Source: Alphaproteobacteria bacterium
Lineage (GTDB): Bacteria; Pseudomonadota; Alphaproteobacteria; GCA-2731375
Assembly: GCA_965232515.1 (NCBI GenBank)
Contig: CBDDPY010000002.1
Location: 6,240,001 to 6,304,000, forward strand
Reading direction: 5' to 3'
DNA length: 64,000 nucleotides
The notes beneath the pieces were generated by a model, which saw only the letters and a program-made list of their open reading frames with translations, was not told the DNA's origin and made no database searches. The position numbers and the translations under genes are program-made. Of the stretch, positions 9,242 through 19,354 are shown in pieces. Each line of letters opens with the position of its first letter. The stretch's first letter is position 1.

Positions 9242-11212
9242 TTACCCGTCAGGGTGAAAAAAATCATAAACGCGTCGCGCCACGGTTTTGCTGATTCCAG
9301 CGACACCTTCAAGGTCCACGAGCGCCGCCCGCTCGACCCCCTTGGCCGAGCCGAAATGGTTGAGCAGCGCCCGCTTGCGGCCGGGTCCGATGCCGTCGAT
9401 CTCGTCAAGGGCCGACTTGCCGACCGATTTGCCGCGACGGGCGCGGTGCGTGCCGATGGCGAAGCGGTGCGCTTCGTCGCGAAGGCGTTGCAGGTAGTAG
9501 AGCACCGGACTTCGGGGGTCCAGGCTAAAGGCCGGTTTGTCGGGCAGAAACAGCCGCTCGCGGCCGGCATTGCGGTCGGGGCCCTTGGCGATCGCCGCCA
9601 CGGCGATGCCGGTGATACCGAGATCGGCGAAGACATCCAGGGCCGCGTTCAGCTGGCCCGCGCCCCCGTCGATCAGCACCAGATCGGGTCGTTCGCCGGC
9701 GACGCGGCGATTTGCCGCAATGGCCTTGTCGTCTTCATCGTCGCTGGCGTTCTCGGCCTTCAGCAAACGGGCGAAGCGGCGTTGCAGCACTTCGCGCATC
9801 ATGGCGTAGTCGTCGCCGGGGGTCAGGCTGTCGCTGCGGATATTGAACTTGCGGTAGGCGTTCTTCAGCATGCCTTCGGGGCCGGCCACGATCATGCCGC
9901 CAATGGCGGCGGTGCCCTGAATGTGGCTGTTGTCGTAGACCTCGATGCGTGCGATCGGCCCGTCCAGACCGAAGACCTCGGCGACGCCGTCCAACAACCT
10001 GCGCTGCGCGCTGCTCTCGGCCAGACGCCGGCCCAGCGCCTCCCGGGCATTCACCGCGGCGTGGCGAACGAGTTCGCGCTTGGCGCCGCGCTGCGGCCGC
10101 AGCAGCCGCACCTTGTGGCCCGCCTTGATGGTCAGCGCCTCTTCGATGAGGTCGGCGGCGTCGATCCTTTCGTCGATCAGGATTTCGCGCGGAGGCGGCT
10201 TGTCGTCGTAGAACTGGCCCACGAACGCGGCCACGACCTCGGCAGCGCTCTGCTCGCGGCCGTGGCTTGGGAAATAGGCCCGATTGCCCCAGTTCTGTCC
10301 GGCCCGGAAAAAGAACACCTGAATGCAGGTTTGTCCGGCCTCCTGGTGCGCGGCGATGACGTCGGCTTCGTCGACGCTGGCGACGTTGATGCCCTGGTGG
10401 GACTGGATATGCGCAAGCGCCCGCACGCGGTCCCGATAGTGCGCCGCGGTCTCGAAGTCGAGCGCGTCGCTGGCCGCCGTCATCCGCTGAGACAGGTCGC
10501 GTTGCACCTCCTGGCTGCGGCCCGACAGAAAGTCCGTGGCCTGGTGCACCAGGTCGATATAGTCCGACTGCGAGATCCGGCCGACGCAGGGCGCGGTGCA
10601 GCGCTTGATCTGATACTGCAGGCAGGGCCGGGTGCGGGAATAGAAAATGCTGTCCGAGCAGGAGCGCAGCGGAAACGCCTTTTGCAGCGTGTTCAACGTC
10701 TTGTTGACCGCGCCGGCGGAGGCAAACGGCCCGAAATAGCGGCCCCTGCGGCTGCGCGCGCCCCGGTGCTTCAGCAGTTGCGGCCATTCGTGGTCGCCGG
10801 TCAGCAGTATGAACGGATAGGACTTGTCGTCGCGCAGCAGGATGTTGAAACGCGGCCGCAGGCGCTTGATCAGGTTGGATTCAAGCAGCAGCGCCTCGAC
10901 CTCGGTATGGGTGGTCACCACCTCCATGGCGTGGGTCAGGCTGACCATGCGCAGGATGCGGGTCGACAGACCGGCCGGGTTCACATAGCTCTGCACCCGG
11001 TTCTTGAGGTTTTTCGCCTTGCCGACATACAGGACCTCGCCGTCGGCGCCGATCATACGATAGACGCCGGGGCTGTTTGGGATGGTCTTCAGGGCGTTGC
11101 CGATGGCGGCGCGCCCACGGTCGAGCGCGGCCATGCCGGTTTCGGCCTCGGCCGGCGCGGCGTCGCCCGGCAGATTGGCCGGCGCGTCCTCAGGTTTTCG
11201 GGCTTTCGACAT
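9242..11212 (-). CDS. uvrC: excinuclease ABC subunit C
   Basis: GIY-YIG domain (PGVY...YVGKAKNL), [23 protein letters not shown], HhH. Confidence 0.97.
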   Translation of the reverse strand: MSKARKPEDAPANLPGDAAPAEAETGMAALDRGRAAIGNALKTIPNSPGVYRMIGADGEVLYVGKAKNLKNRVQSYVNPAGLSTRILRMVSLTHAMEVVTTHTEVEALLLESNLIKRLRPRFNILLRDDKSYPFILLTGDHEWPQLLKHRGARSRRGRYFGPFASAGAVNKTLNTLQKAFPLRSCSDSIFYSRTRPCLQYQIKRCTAPCVGRISQSDYIDLVHQATDFLSGRSQEVQRDLSQRMTAASDALDFETAAHYRDRVRALAHIQSHQGINVASVDEADVIAAHQEAGQTCIQVFFFRAGQNWGNRAYFPSHGREQSAAEVVAAFVGQFYDDKPPPREILIDERIDAADLIEEALTIKAGHKVRLLRPQRGAKRELVRHAAVNAREALGRRLAESSAQRRLLDGVAEVFGLDGPIARIEVYDNSHIQGTAAIGGMIVAGPEGMLKNAYRKFNIRSDSLTPGDDYAMMREVLQRRFARLLKAENASDDEDDKAIAANRRVAGERPDLVLIDGGAGQLNAALDVFADLGITGIAVAAIAKGPDRNAGRERLFLPDKPAFSLDPRSPVLYYLQRLRDEAHRFAIGTHRARRGKSVGKSALDEIDGIGPGRKRALLNHFGSAKGVERAALVDLEGVAGISKTVARRVYDFFHPDG

Positions 11213-11311
11213 CCTGATCCATTCTGGCTCGAACCCGGATCACGTCAATCTCGGGGACGTTGCCACACGGATTGCCAGGCACGCGACGCGACCGTTTTTC
11301 AGATTCGGCGG

Positions 11312-11346
11312 CTATCCACCGAAGCTGTGGATAACTTTGTGGCAAA
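11312..11346. promoter_or_regulatory. cluster of three DnaA-box-like 9-mers (DARS-like core)
   Basis: CTATCCACC-5nt-TGTGGATAA (perfect box)-3nt-TGTGGCAAA. Confidence 0.7.
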
Positions 11347-11496
11347 CCAACCCTCCGTTGCGACTCCCCCGCAGGAATCCGGCTTTTTCTAAGCGTTGCC
11401 GAAAAATTAGGCAATCAGGCAAGTCTTTGAAATCATTGAATTAATGTGGTGTTTTATGCGCGCAATCAGGGTGTCGGCGGAAAGGTAAATAGCCGT

Positions 11497-11512
11497 TTAA
11501 CAAAAACTTAAC
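11497..11512 (+). promoter_or_regulatory. CtrA binding site
   Basis: Exact TTAA-N7-TTAAC: TTAAcaaaaacTTAAC. Confidence 0.65.
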
Positions 11513-11716
11513 CGAGAATCCCGCCTGTGCACAAATTACCGATATTGACATGATGATAGCTCGATGACGTCAAATTGCGCCCCTAGACCTGGACCGTTGG
11601 CTGCTCGATGACCGTTTATGGTTAATGGAAGTTAACTTAACAATTAGCCGAATGAATTCTTGGAGGCCAAAACAAAAGCGGTTTCCGATACCGATCAGGT
11701 CTTCCGCGAATCAGCG

Positions 11717-12487
11717 TCACTCGATCGAATTGTCCGAATCGGCCGGTTTCCAAGCCAAATGTTGGCCACCATCGAGGGCGATCATCTGTCCGGTCATCGA
11801 CGGCATATCCAGAATAAAGCGGACCGCGGCGCAGATTTCCGTCGGCGTGGCGCCGCGGCCAAGCGGTGTTGCCCGGCACTGGGCTTCGAACTGGGCATCC
11901 GACTGGCGTGTCGACGGCAAGGTCGGACCGGGACCGATGGCGTTGACGCGAATTCGCGGGGCCAAGCCCATCGCCGTGGTTCGCGTCAGGGCCCAGAGCC
12001 CTGACTTCGCGGCGGTATAGGACAGGAAGTAGGGCGTCAGCCGCCATACGCGCTGATCCAGGATGTTAATTACGTTGCCTTCGACACCGGCCGGCAGTTG
12101 CGCCGAGAAGGCCTGAGTCAGCAGCGCCGGCGCGCGCAGGTTGATGTCGAGATGAGCGTGCCAGGATTCCGGCGTCACGGTCTCGACCGTATCCATCTCG
12201 AACAGCGAGGCGTTGTTGATCAGGCAGGTGAGGGGGCCGATGGCGTCGACCGCGCGCACGATCAGCGACTTGGTGTCGTCGAGACTGGCCAGATCGGCTT
12301 GAATTGCACTGGCCGTACCGCCGGCATCGGTGATTTCCCGGACGACGGCATCGGCATCTTCCGAGGACGACAGGTAGTGCACGCCCACCGTCCAGCCGTG
12401 CGCCGCCAGATCCAGGGCGATCGCGCGGCCGAGCCGTCGGCCCGCGCCCGTTACCAATACGGCCCTTTGGTCTTTCGCCGCCGACAT
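11717..12487 (-). CDS. SDR oxidoreductase (pteridine-reductase-like)
   Basis: TGAGRRLG, NNAS.F, YTAAK, VNAIGPG. Confidence 0.88.
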   Translation of the reverse strand: MSAAKDQRAVLVTGAGRRLGRAIALDLAAHGWTVGVHYLSSSEDADAVVREITDAGGTASAIQADLASLDDTKSLIVRAVDAIGPLTCLINNASLFEMDTVETVTPESWHAHLDINLRAPALLTQAFSAQLPAGVEGNVINILDQRVWRLTPYFLSYTAAKSGLWALTRTTAMGLAPRIRVNAIGPGPTLPSTRQSDAQFEAQCRATPLGRGATPTEICAAVRFILDMPSMTGQMIALDGGQHLAWKPADSDNSIE

Positions 12488-12491
12488 CGCC

Positions 12492-13475
12492 TCAGCCGGT
12501 CATGCCGGCGTGATCGGCCATCGCCGAAACGCCATGGAACAAGGCCCAGAGATAAATCGCATAGCCAACGGCCAGAACGGTTCCCGCCATCCGATTGATC
12601 GACGCGCCGCGCAGCACGAACAGCAAAAGCACGACCGACGACGCCAGCATAAGCCAGAGATCGAAGGTCAGGAACTGGTCCGGCACAGGGATTGGCCGGA
12701 CCATGGCGGTGACGCCCATGATGCCGAGAATGTTGAACAGGTTGGAGCCGACGACATTGCCGACCGCGACATCGCCGTGGCGGCGGATGGCGGCCACGAC
12801 CGAGGTCGCCAACTCCGGCAGCGACGTGCCGATCGCGACCAGCGTCAGGCCGATCACCTCTTCCGGGATGCCGGCCGCGCGGGCGAGGCCGGTGGCGCCG
12901 TCGACCAGCAAGCTGGAGCCGGCGACGAGACCGACCAGTCCGACGAGGACCAGAACCGACGAAACGAACATCGAATGCGGCCGCACGGCGATGCCTTCGA
13001 TCTCGTCGACGATGGCCTCGACGGTCTGATCGCCGTTGCGCGACGACAGGTAGGACCGAACCAGGAACCCGATCAGGAGCGCCAGCATGATGGCGCCCTG
13101 CCAGAACTGGATCAGGCCGGTCCAGCACAGCGCCACGAACAAGACGCTGACACCGACCATGATGGCGCTGTCGCGGCGAACGCTTTCCGCATTGCAGGCG
13201 ATCGGAAAGATCACCGCCGGCAAGCCCAGCACCAGCAGAATGTTGGCGATATTGCTGCCGACGACGTTGCCAATGGCGATTTCGGGAACGCCGGCGATCG
13301 CCGACTTGACGCAGACCACCAGCTCGGGCGACGAGGTTCCGAACGCCACCACCGTCAGCCCGATGACCAATGGCGGCACGCCGAGGCGTTGGGCCAGGGC
13401 GACCGCGCCGCGCACCAGAACGTCGCCGCCGACCAGCAGAATGACCAGCCCGCCGGCGACCATCAGATACATCAT
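12492..13475 (-). CDS. calcium/sodium antiporter (YrbG-like)
   Basis: Two alpha repeats GTSSPE/GTSLPE and GNVVGSN. Confidence 0.92.
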   Translation of the reverse strand: MMYLMVAGGLVILLVGGDVLVRGAVALAQRLGVPPLVIGLTVVAFGTSSPELVVCVKSAIAGVPEIAIGNVVGSNIANILLVLGLPAVIFPIACNAESVRRDSAIMVGVSVLFVALCWTGLIQFWQGAIMLALLIGFLVRSYLSSRNGDQTVEAIVDEIEGIAVRPHSMFVSSVLVLVGLVGLVAGSSLLVDGATGLARAAGIPEEVIGLTLVAIGTSLPELATSVVAAIRRHGDVAVGNVVGSNLFNILGIMGVTAMVRPIPVPDQFLTFDLWLMLASSVVLLLFVLRGASINRMAGTVLAVGYAIYLWALFHGVSAMADHAGMTG

Positions 13476-13588
13476 ACGAGCGCCACTCGGCGGTTACGAT
13501 CCCGCGGCGACGGTCTTCCCCAGAGATCCGAACGCCGACGCCGACTTATAAAGGTGGTGCACACGTCAGGTAAAGGCGGCGACGCGGT

Positions 13589-14011
13589 TTACGACGCGGT
13601 TGCGTCGTGCGGCGGTCCCTTAAGCTCGACCGTGTTGCCCTCGGGATCCTTCAGGTACAGGGACGGTCCGTCGCCCTCGGCGCCATAGCGGGTGCCCGCT
13701 TCGCCGATGTCGACGTCGTGAGCTGTCAGGTAGGCGGTCAGCGCGTCGAGATCGAAGGTGGCGATCCGCAGGGCGACGTGATCCATGTTGTGGCCCTCGG
13801 AACCCGGCGCGGCGCCGCCCGCGCGGCCAAGCTGGCCGTCGACCGGGACCAGGTCGATCAGCGACGCGCCGGCGCGCAGTTGCACGAGCCCAAGCTTGTC
13901 GACCCGTCGTTCCTCTCGGCAGCCCAGGACGTCGCTATAGAAAGCCAGCATTCGTGGCAGATCCCTGACACGCAGCACGACGTGATCGATGCCCTTGATG
14001 TCAATTGCCAT
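13589..14011 (-). CDS. VOC/glyoxalase family protein
   Basis: IDHVVLRV, DHVAL, YLKDPEGNTVELK. Confidence 0.88.
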   Translation of the reverse strand: MAIDIKGIDHVVLRVRDLPRMLAFYSDVLGCREERRVDKLGLVQLRAGASLIDLVPVDGQLGRAGGAAPGSEGHNMDHVALRIATFDLDALTAYLTAHDVDIGEAGTRYGAEGDGPSLYLKDPEGNTVELKGPPHDATAS

Positions 14012-14030
14012 GGCTGCCCGATCCGTTCTG

Positions 14031-16331
14031 TTAGCGGCCCCGGCCGCGTCCGCCGCGACGGCGCCCCCGCGCGCCGTCCAGCATGTCCGGTGTCAATACA
14101 ACGGCGGCATCGGAGTCCGGTTGGGGCGCGTCATCGCGCCGTTTTGCAGTCTTGCGCCGCGATCCGCCGGCCGGCTTCGGCGCCGCGCCCTTGCCGCGCC
14201 GTCGCGGCCGCGCCTTGCCGTCGCCTTCCAGGGTTTCCAGCTCCAGTTGCTCGAGGCGCTGAATCTCGTCGCGCAGCCGCGCCGCTTCCTCGAATTCCAG
14301 CTCGGCCGCCGCGGTCCGCATCTGTTTCTCCAGGTCCTCGATATAGGCCCGGAGGTTGTGGCCGATCAGATGCGGCGTGTCGGCGTCGCCGGTGTCGACG
14401 GTCACGTGATCCGCCTCGTAGACGCTCTGCATTACGTCGGAGATGTTCTTGCGGACCGTTTCCGGCGTGATGCCGTTCTCTTTGTTGAAGGCTTCCTGCT
14501 TGGCGCGCCGGCGATCGGTCTCTTCAAGCGCCCGCGTCAGGCTGTCGGTCATCCGGTCGGCATAGAGCACGACACGGCCGTCGACGTTCCGCGCGGCGCG
14601 GCCGATGGTCTGGACCAGCGAGGTTTCCGAGCGCAGATAGCCTTCCTTATCGGCGTCCAGAATCGCGACCAGCGCGCATTCCGGGATATCGAGGCCCTCG
14701 CGCAGCAGGTTGATGCCGACCAGGATGTCGAACACGCCCAGCCGCAGGTCGCGGATGATCTCGATGCGCTCCAGCGTGTCGACGTCGGAGTGCATGTAAC
14801 GGACCTTGAAACCGGCCTCGTGCAGATAGTCGGTCAGGTCCTCGGCCATGCGTTTGGTCAGAGTCGTCACCAGGGCGCGATAGCCCATGGAGATGATCTC
14901 GCGGCACTCGGCCATCAGGTCGTCGACCTGGCTTTCGACCGGCCGCACCTCGCAGGGCGGGTCGGTCAGGCCGGTCGGCCGGATCACCTGCTCCACGAAC
15001 ACGCCGCCGGTGCGCTCCAGTTCCCACTTGCCGGGCGTCGCCGAGACGAACACGGATTGCGGCCGCATGGTGTCCCATTCGTCGAACTTCAGCGGCCGGT
15101 TGTCGACGCAGGACGGCAGCCGGAAGCCGAACTCGGACAGGGTCCATTTGCGGCGATAGTCGCCCCGGAACATGCCGCCGACCTGCGGCACGGTGATATG
15201 GCTCTCGTCGACGATCAGCAGCGCGTCGTCGGGCAGATATTCGAACAGCGTCGGCGGCGGCTCGCCCGGGTTGCGGCCGGTCAGGTAGCGTGAGTAGTTC
15301 TCGATGCCGGGGCAGGAGCCGGTGGCCTCGATCATCTCCATATCGAGCATGGTGCGCTGCTCGATACGCTCGGCCTCCAGCAGCAGCCCGCGGTCGCGGA
15401 ACCGGTCGAGCGTGATGACGAGTTCTTCCTTGATCGACTTGATCGCCTGCTGAAGGGTCGGCCGTGGCGTCACGTAGTGGCTGTTGGCGTAGACCTTGAC
15501 CTTGTCCAGCGTGTCGGTCTTCTGACCGGTCAGCGGGTCGAACTCGACGATGCCGACCAGTTCGTCACCGAACAGATCGAAGCGCCAGCCGCGGTCCTCG
15601 AGGTGGGCCGGCCACAGCTCGACAGTGTCGCCGCGCACGCGGAAACTGCCGCGACCGAAGCCGACATCGTTACGCTTGTATTGCAGGTAGACGAACTGCC
15701 GCAACAGCTCCTGCCGGTCGATGCGCTGGCCGACCGACAGACTGACAGTCATCTCGCTGTAGGTTTCGACCGAGCCGATACCGTAGATGCAGGAGACCGA
15801 GGCGACGATGACGACGTCGTCGCGCTCCAGCACGGCGCGCGTGGCGGCGTGCCGCATGCGGTCGATCTGCGCGTTGATCGACGATTCCTTCTCGACATAG
15901 GTGTCGGTGCGCGGCACGTAGGCTTCCGGCTGGTAGTAGTCGTAATAGGAAACGAAATACTCGACCGCGTTGTTCGGAAAGAATCCCTTCATCTCGCCGT
16001 AAAGCTGGGCCGCCAAGATTTTGTTCGGCGCCAGGATCAAGGCCGGCCGCTGCACGTTCTGAATAACGTGCGCCATGGTGAAGGTCTTGCCCGAGCCGGT
16101 CACGCCCAGCAGCACCTGATCCTTCTCGCCCTGGTTCATGCCATCGGTCAGCTCGACGATGGCCTGCGGCTGGTCGCCCGACGGCCGATAGTCCGATTGC
16201 AGCTCGAAGCGGCGGCCGCCGTCGCTCTTCTCCGGGCGCTCCGGACGTACCGGTACCCAGGTGACCTTTTCGGCCTGGGCCAGGGCGTATTCGAACTGGC
16301 GCTGGGTCTCTTGCAGCGAGGTGTGAGCCAT
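14031..16331 (-). CDS. uvrB: excinuclease ABC subunit B
   Basis: [36 protein letters not shown]-terminal UVR domain. Confidence 0.97.
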   Translation of the reverse strand: MAHTSLQETQRQFEYALAQAEKVTWVPVRPERPEKSDGGRRFELQSDYRPSGDQPQAIVELTDGMNQGEKDQVLLGVTGSGKTFTMAHVIQNVQRPALILAPNKILAAQLYGEMKGFFPNNAVEYFVSYYDYYQPEAYVPRTDTYVEKESSINAQIDRMRHAATRAVLERDDVVIVASVSCIYGIGSVETYSEMTVSLSVGQRIDRQELLRQFVYLQYKRNDVGFGRGSFRVRGDTVELWPAHLEDRGWRFDLFGDELVGIVEFDPLTGQKTDTLDKVKVYANSHYVTPRPTLQQAIKSIKEELVITLDRFRDRGLLLEAERIEQRTMLDMEMIEATGSCPGIENYSRYLTGRNPGEPPPTLFEYLPDDALLIVDESHITVPQVGGMFRGDYRRKWTLSEFGFRLPSCVDNRPLKFDEWDTMRPQSVFVSATPGKWELERTGGVFVEQVIRPTGLTDPPCEVRPVESQVDDLMAECREIISMGYRALVTTLTKRMAEDLTDYLHEAGFKVRYMHSDVDTLERIEIIRDLRLGVFDILVGINLLREGLDIPECALVAILDADKEGYLRSETSLVQTIGRAARNVDGRVVLYADRMTDSLTRALEETDRRRAKQEAFNKENGITPETVRKNISDVMQSVYEADHVTVDTGDADTPHLIGHNLRAYIEDLEKQMRTAAAELEFEEAARLRDEIQRLEQLELETLEGDGKARPRRRGKGAAPKPAGGSRRKTAKRRDDAPQPDSDAAVVLTPDMLDGARGRRRGGRGRGR

Positions 16332-16401
16332 GACCTAGTTATATCGGCACGCGTGCGCGGAACGCCAGGGGGGCATTGCCAACACGTGGGAATCTATGAC
16401 G

Positions 16402-16932
16402 TCATGCCGACGACGCAAGCAGGCCTTTCAGAACGGCCGTTAGTTCGGCTTGGGTAACGTGGGTCTTGCGGGCGCCGGGGGCATGCCGAAAACGCCAGGC
16501 CTGCCGGCCTTGACGGTCGAAAACGACGACCGTGGGAATGCGGTCGACATCGCCGAAGGCCTTCTTGGCCCGGTCGTCGCCCCTGACCAGCGGAAACGCC
16601 GGCTGGGTCCGATCGATGAACCGGTCCAGTTTCGCGGGGCTCGACAAACCGCCGAAGTCCTCGAAAAGGTTAATCCCGACGATCGCCAGATCCGCTTCGT
16701 CGAAGCCGGCTCGAATGGCGTTCAGATGCTTGAACTCGGCATAGCAGGGCGGGCACCAGCTGGCGAAAAAGGTGACGACTACCAGTCGATTCGACAGGGA
16801 TTCGGCCGTCACGGGCCCGCCCCACAGGGGCGCCAGCCCTGGCAGCAGAGAGAGTGGCGACCCGTGCGCCCGCGCAATCAGTGGCAGCGCGGTCAAACCA
16901 CAGGCGATCTGCAGGAACGTGCGACGTAGCAT
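16402..16932 (-). CDS. TlpA-like exported thiol:disulfide oxidoreductase
   Basis: RRTFL Tat-like leader, FFASWCPPC, IPT cis-Pro motif; start uncertain. Confidence 0.8.
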   Translation of the reverse strand: MLRRTFLQIACGLTALPLIARAHGSPLSLLPGLAPLWGGPVTAESLSNRLVVVTFFASWCPPCYAEFKHLNAIRAGFDEADLAIVGINLFEDFGGLSSPAKLDRFIDRTQPAFPLVRGDDRAKKAFGDVDRIPTVVVFDRQGRQAWRFRHAPGARKTHVTQAELTAVLKGLLASSA

Positions 16933-17048
16933 GGAAGACAATGAAGCATCCATCTGCCGGTTGCGGCAAATCACGTGTGGTTCAACGCCAATCGCCTTGC
17001 GCGCGATCAAAGCCAGCCGATGCGCGAACGCAATAGGATCCCGGAATC

Positions 17049-17840
17049 ATGCCCGACAGCCAAGGTTACGATGCCTATACGCCGGCCGAGATGGCGCGTC
17101 GCGTCGAGACAGTCGGCGTCGCCAAGGCGGATCTGCCGCTGCTGCCGCTGACGACGCTCGCTGTGCTGGCTGGCGCATTTATCGCTTTCGGGGCGCTTTT
17201 CTATACGGTGACCGTCACCGGCTCGACCTTCGGCTACGGCCCGACGCGGCTGCTGGGTGGCATGGCGTTTTCACTCGGTCTGATCCTGGTCGTGGTCGGC
17301 GGCGCCGAACTGTTTACCGGCAATGCGTTGATCGTCATGGCCTGGGCCGACGGTAAGGCGACCCTGGTGGAGCTGCTGCGGAACTGGGGTGTCGCCTATA
17401 TCGGGAACTTCGTCGGCGCGATCGCGACGGCGGTCGCGGTCTGGCAGTCGGGCGTGCTGGCGGCTGCGGGCGGCGAGATCGCCGGCACCGCAATCGCCAT
17501 CGCCGAAGGGAAGGCGGCCTTGCCGTTCGCCGAGGCCTTCGTCAGGGGCGTGCTCTGCAACGTACTGGTCTGTCTCGCCGTCTGGCTGACGTTCGCGGCC
17601 CGCCGGGTCGCCGGCAAGGTATTGGCGATCATCTTCCCGATCACCGCCTTCGTGGCGCTGGGCTTCGAACACTCCATCGCCAACATGTATCTGATGCCGA
17701 TCGGCATGCTGCTTGGCGCCGATGTCGGCCTGACCGACTTTGCCGCGAACCTGTTGCCGGTCACGCTCGGCAACATCGTCGGCGGCGGCGTATTCGTCGG
17801 GCTGGTCTACTACGTGGTCTATGTGCGGCCGGCCAAATAG
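17049..17840 (+). CDS. formate/nitrite transporter (FNT) family
   Basis: LAGAFIAFG, GAELFTGN, LCNVLVCLA, GFEHSIANM, GNIVGG. Confidence 0.93.
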   Translation: MPDSQGYDAYTPAEMARRVETVGVAKADLPLLPLTTLAVLAGAFIAFGALFYTVTVTGSTFGYGPTRLLGGMAFSLGLILVVVGGAELFTGNALIVMAWADGKATLVELLRNWGVAYIGNFVGAIATAVAVWQSGVLAAAGGEIAGTAIAIAEGKAALPFAEAFVRGVLCNVLVCLAVWLTFAARRVAGKVLAIIFPITAFVALGFEHSIANMYLMPIGMLLGADVGLTDFAANLLPVTLGNIVGGGVFVGLVYYVVYVRPAK

Positions 17841-17897
17841 CTGCGTTATAGTCGGCGCCTGATTTCGCACGAGAGTCGACAACCGGGAGGGTAAACG

Positions 17898-18713
17898 ATG
17901 TCCGAGACCGACGCCTACGACGTCAGCGCCGAGAACCTGAAGAAATTGGCCGACAAGCTGGTCCAGCTGCTGCGGATCCGCACGCTGCCGATCGGCATGA
18001 AGCTGTTCGAGGACGCCGACGAGATGTTGCAGATCCCGGGTATTCGGACGCCCAACGCGAGCTTCAAGTTCACCACCTGTCAGCTTGTGACGCAGTCGCG
18101 GATGGCCGGTTTCACGCTTGGCGTCGTGCACGACAACGTACGGCCGAACAGCAATTGCGGCGGCATTATCGGCCTGAACGTGCCGGGCGACGACTATCTC
18201 TCGGGTCAGCAGATGGACGGCGTCTGGTTCGCCGACAAGGCGACCGCCAAGCAGCACCAGGACGAAATGGTCCGGGTGACGCCGGGTCGCTACAACGGAC
18301 TCTGCGCCTCGCCGCTGCGCTCGGGCCGTCTCGATCCGCCCGATATCGTCCTGTTCTACGGCACTCCCGCCCAGACCATCCTGTTCGTCAACGGCCTGCA
18401 GTGGAAGCGCTATCGCCGCTACGACATGACCATCACCGGCGAAAGCGCCTGTTCGGATTCCTGGGGCCGGGCCCTGGAGACGGGTGAGACCAGCATCTCG
18501 ATCCCGTGTTATGCCGAGCGGCGCTATGGCGGCGTCGCCGACGACGAGATGCTGCTGGCCATGCCGCCCGACGAGTTCGCCCGCGGCATCGAGGGGCTGG
18601 AGGCGCTGTCGAAGAACGGCCTGCGCTACCCGATCCCACCTTATGGGGCGCAGATGGATCCGGCGTTGGGCATGGCCCGCAGCTATCCCTCGGGCAAGTC
18701 GGCCGCGGAGTAG
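17898..18713 (+). CDS. DUF169-like protein
   Basis: TTCQLV..SR, PDIVLFYGTPAQ, SACSD, PCYAERRYG; RBS gggagg. Confidence 0.7.
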   Translation: MSETDAYDVSAENLKKLADKLVQLLRIRTLPIGMKLFEDADEMLQIPGIRTPNASFKFTTCQLVTQSRMAGFTLGVVHDNVRPNSNCGGIIGLNVPGDDYLSGQQMDGVWFADKATAKQHQDEMVRVTPGRYNGLCASPLRSGRLDPPDIVLFYGTPAQTILFVNGLQWKRYRRYDMTITGESACSDSWGRALETGETSISIPCYAERRYGGVADDEMLLAMPPDEFARGIEGLEALSKNGLRYPIPPYGAQMDPALGMARSYPSGKSAAE

Positions 18714-19354
18714 CCCGCGACATCAGCGACCGGTTCCGCGAGCACCAGATAGCGTAACGGCCCGTTCGGATCGACGGCGTCGAACGGCCAGCAGGTCACC
18801 AGCAGCAGCCGGTGCCGGTCGCCGTCGAGCCGGATGCGCGCGTCGTTTTCGTTCACAACATCGGTCGCGGTGACCCGGTAGCCGTGTAGGCGGCCCGTGG
18901 CGTCCTGCAGGCGGACGGCGTCGCCGATATGGATATCGCGCAGGGCGCGGAAGTGCGTGTCGCGATGGCCGGCGATAACGGTCGTGCCCGGCGCTCCCGG
19001 TTTGGCACTGCCAGCCATCAGGCCCGGCCCGAAGGCGAGCGCCTCGCCACTGGCGCCGGCGAGGACAATCTGGGTCGCGTCGGCGATTTGCAGGCGGGCG
19101 ACCGGCCAGGTATCGGCCCAGGGCCAGGCTTGCACGGCGGTCGCGCCGTCCAAGGTGCGGAGCCAGGCCCGGTCCAGCAGCACCTGCGCCAGCGCCGCCT
19201 TGGCGTGGATCCAGGTGCCGTTCACGACCAAGCCGAGCCCGAGCACGAGCAGCAGCCCGACGATCCAGGGTGAAGATCGCCGGGCTGCCCCCGTGATACG
19301 CCGCCCGCGTCGGGCGCCGGACGTGTGGCAGCCGGGGGAGGGATGCACCGTCAC
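18683..19354 (-). CDS. proteobacterial (class GN) sortase
   Basis: N-terminal TM, HAKA.LAQ.LL..AW, PWADTWP, GHRDTHF, LVTCWPF, conserved R; GTG start overlaps the upstream stop. Confidence 0.9.
   Translation of the reverse strand: MTVHPSPGCHTSGARRGRRITGAARRSSPWIVGLLLVLGLGLVVNGTWIHAKAALAQVLLDRAWLRTLDGATAVQAWPWADTWPVARLQIADATQIVLAGASGEALAFGPGLMAGSAKPGAPGTTVIAGHRDTHFRALRDIHIGDAVRLQDATGRLHGYRVTATDVVNENDARIRLDGDRHRLLLVTCWPFDAVDPNGPLRYLVLAEPVADVAGYSAADLPEG

Noticed and set aside
11213-11716. Calling this region the chromosomal oriC
   Set aside because: Only one perfect DnaA box and none of the usual origin-flanking genes (hemE, dnaA, parAB) in the window; kept as an alternative pending GC-skew analysis
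16332-16401. LexA (GTTC-N7-GTTC) box upstream of uvrB or uvrC
   Set aside because: No match seen by eye in either upstream region
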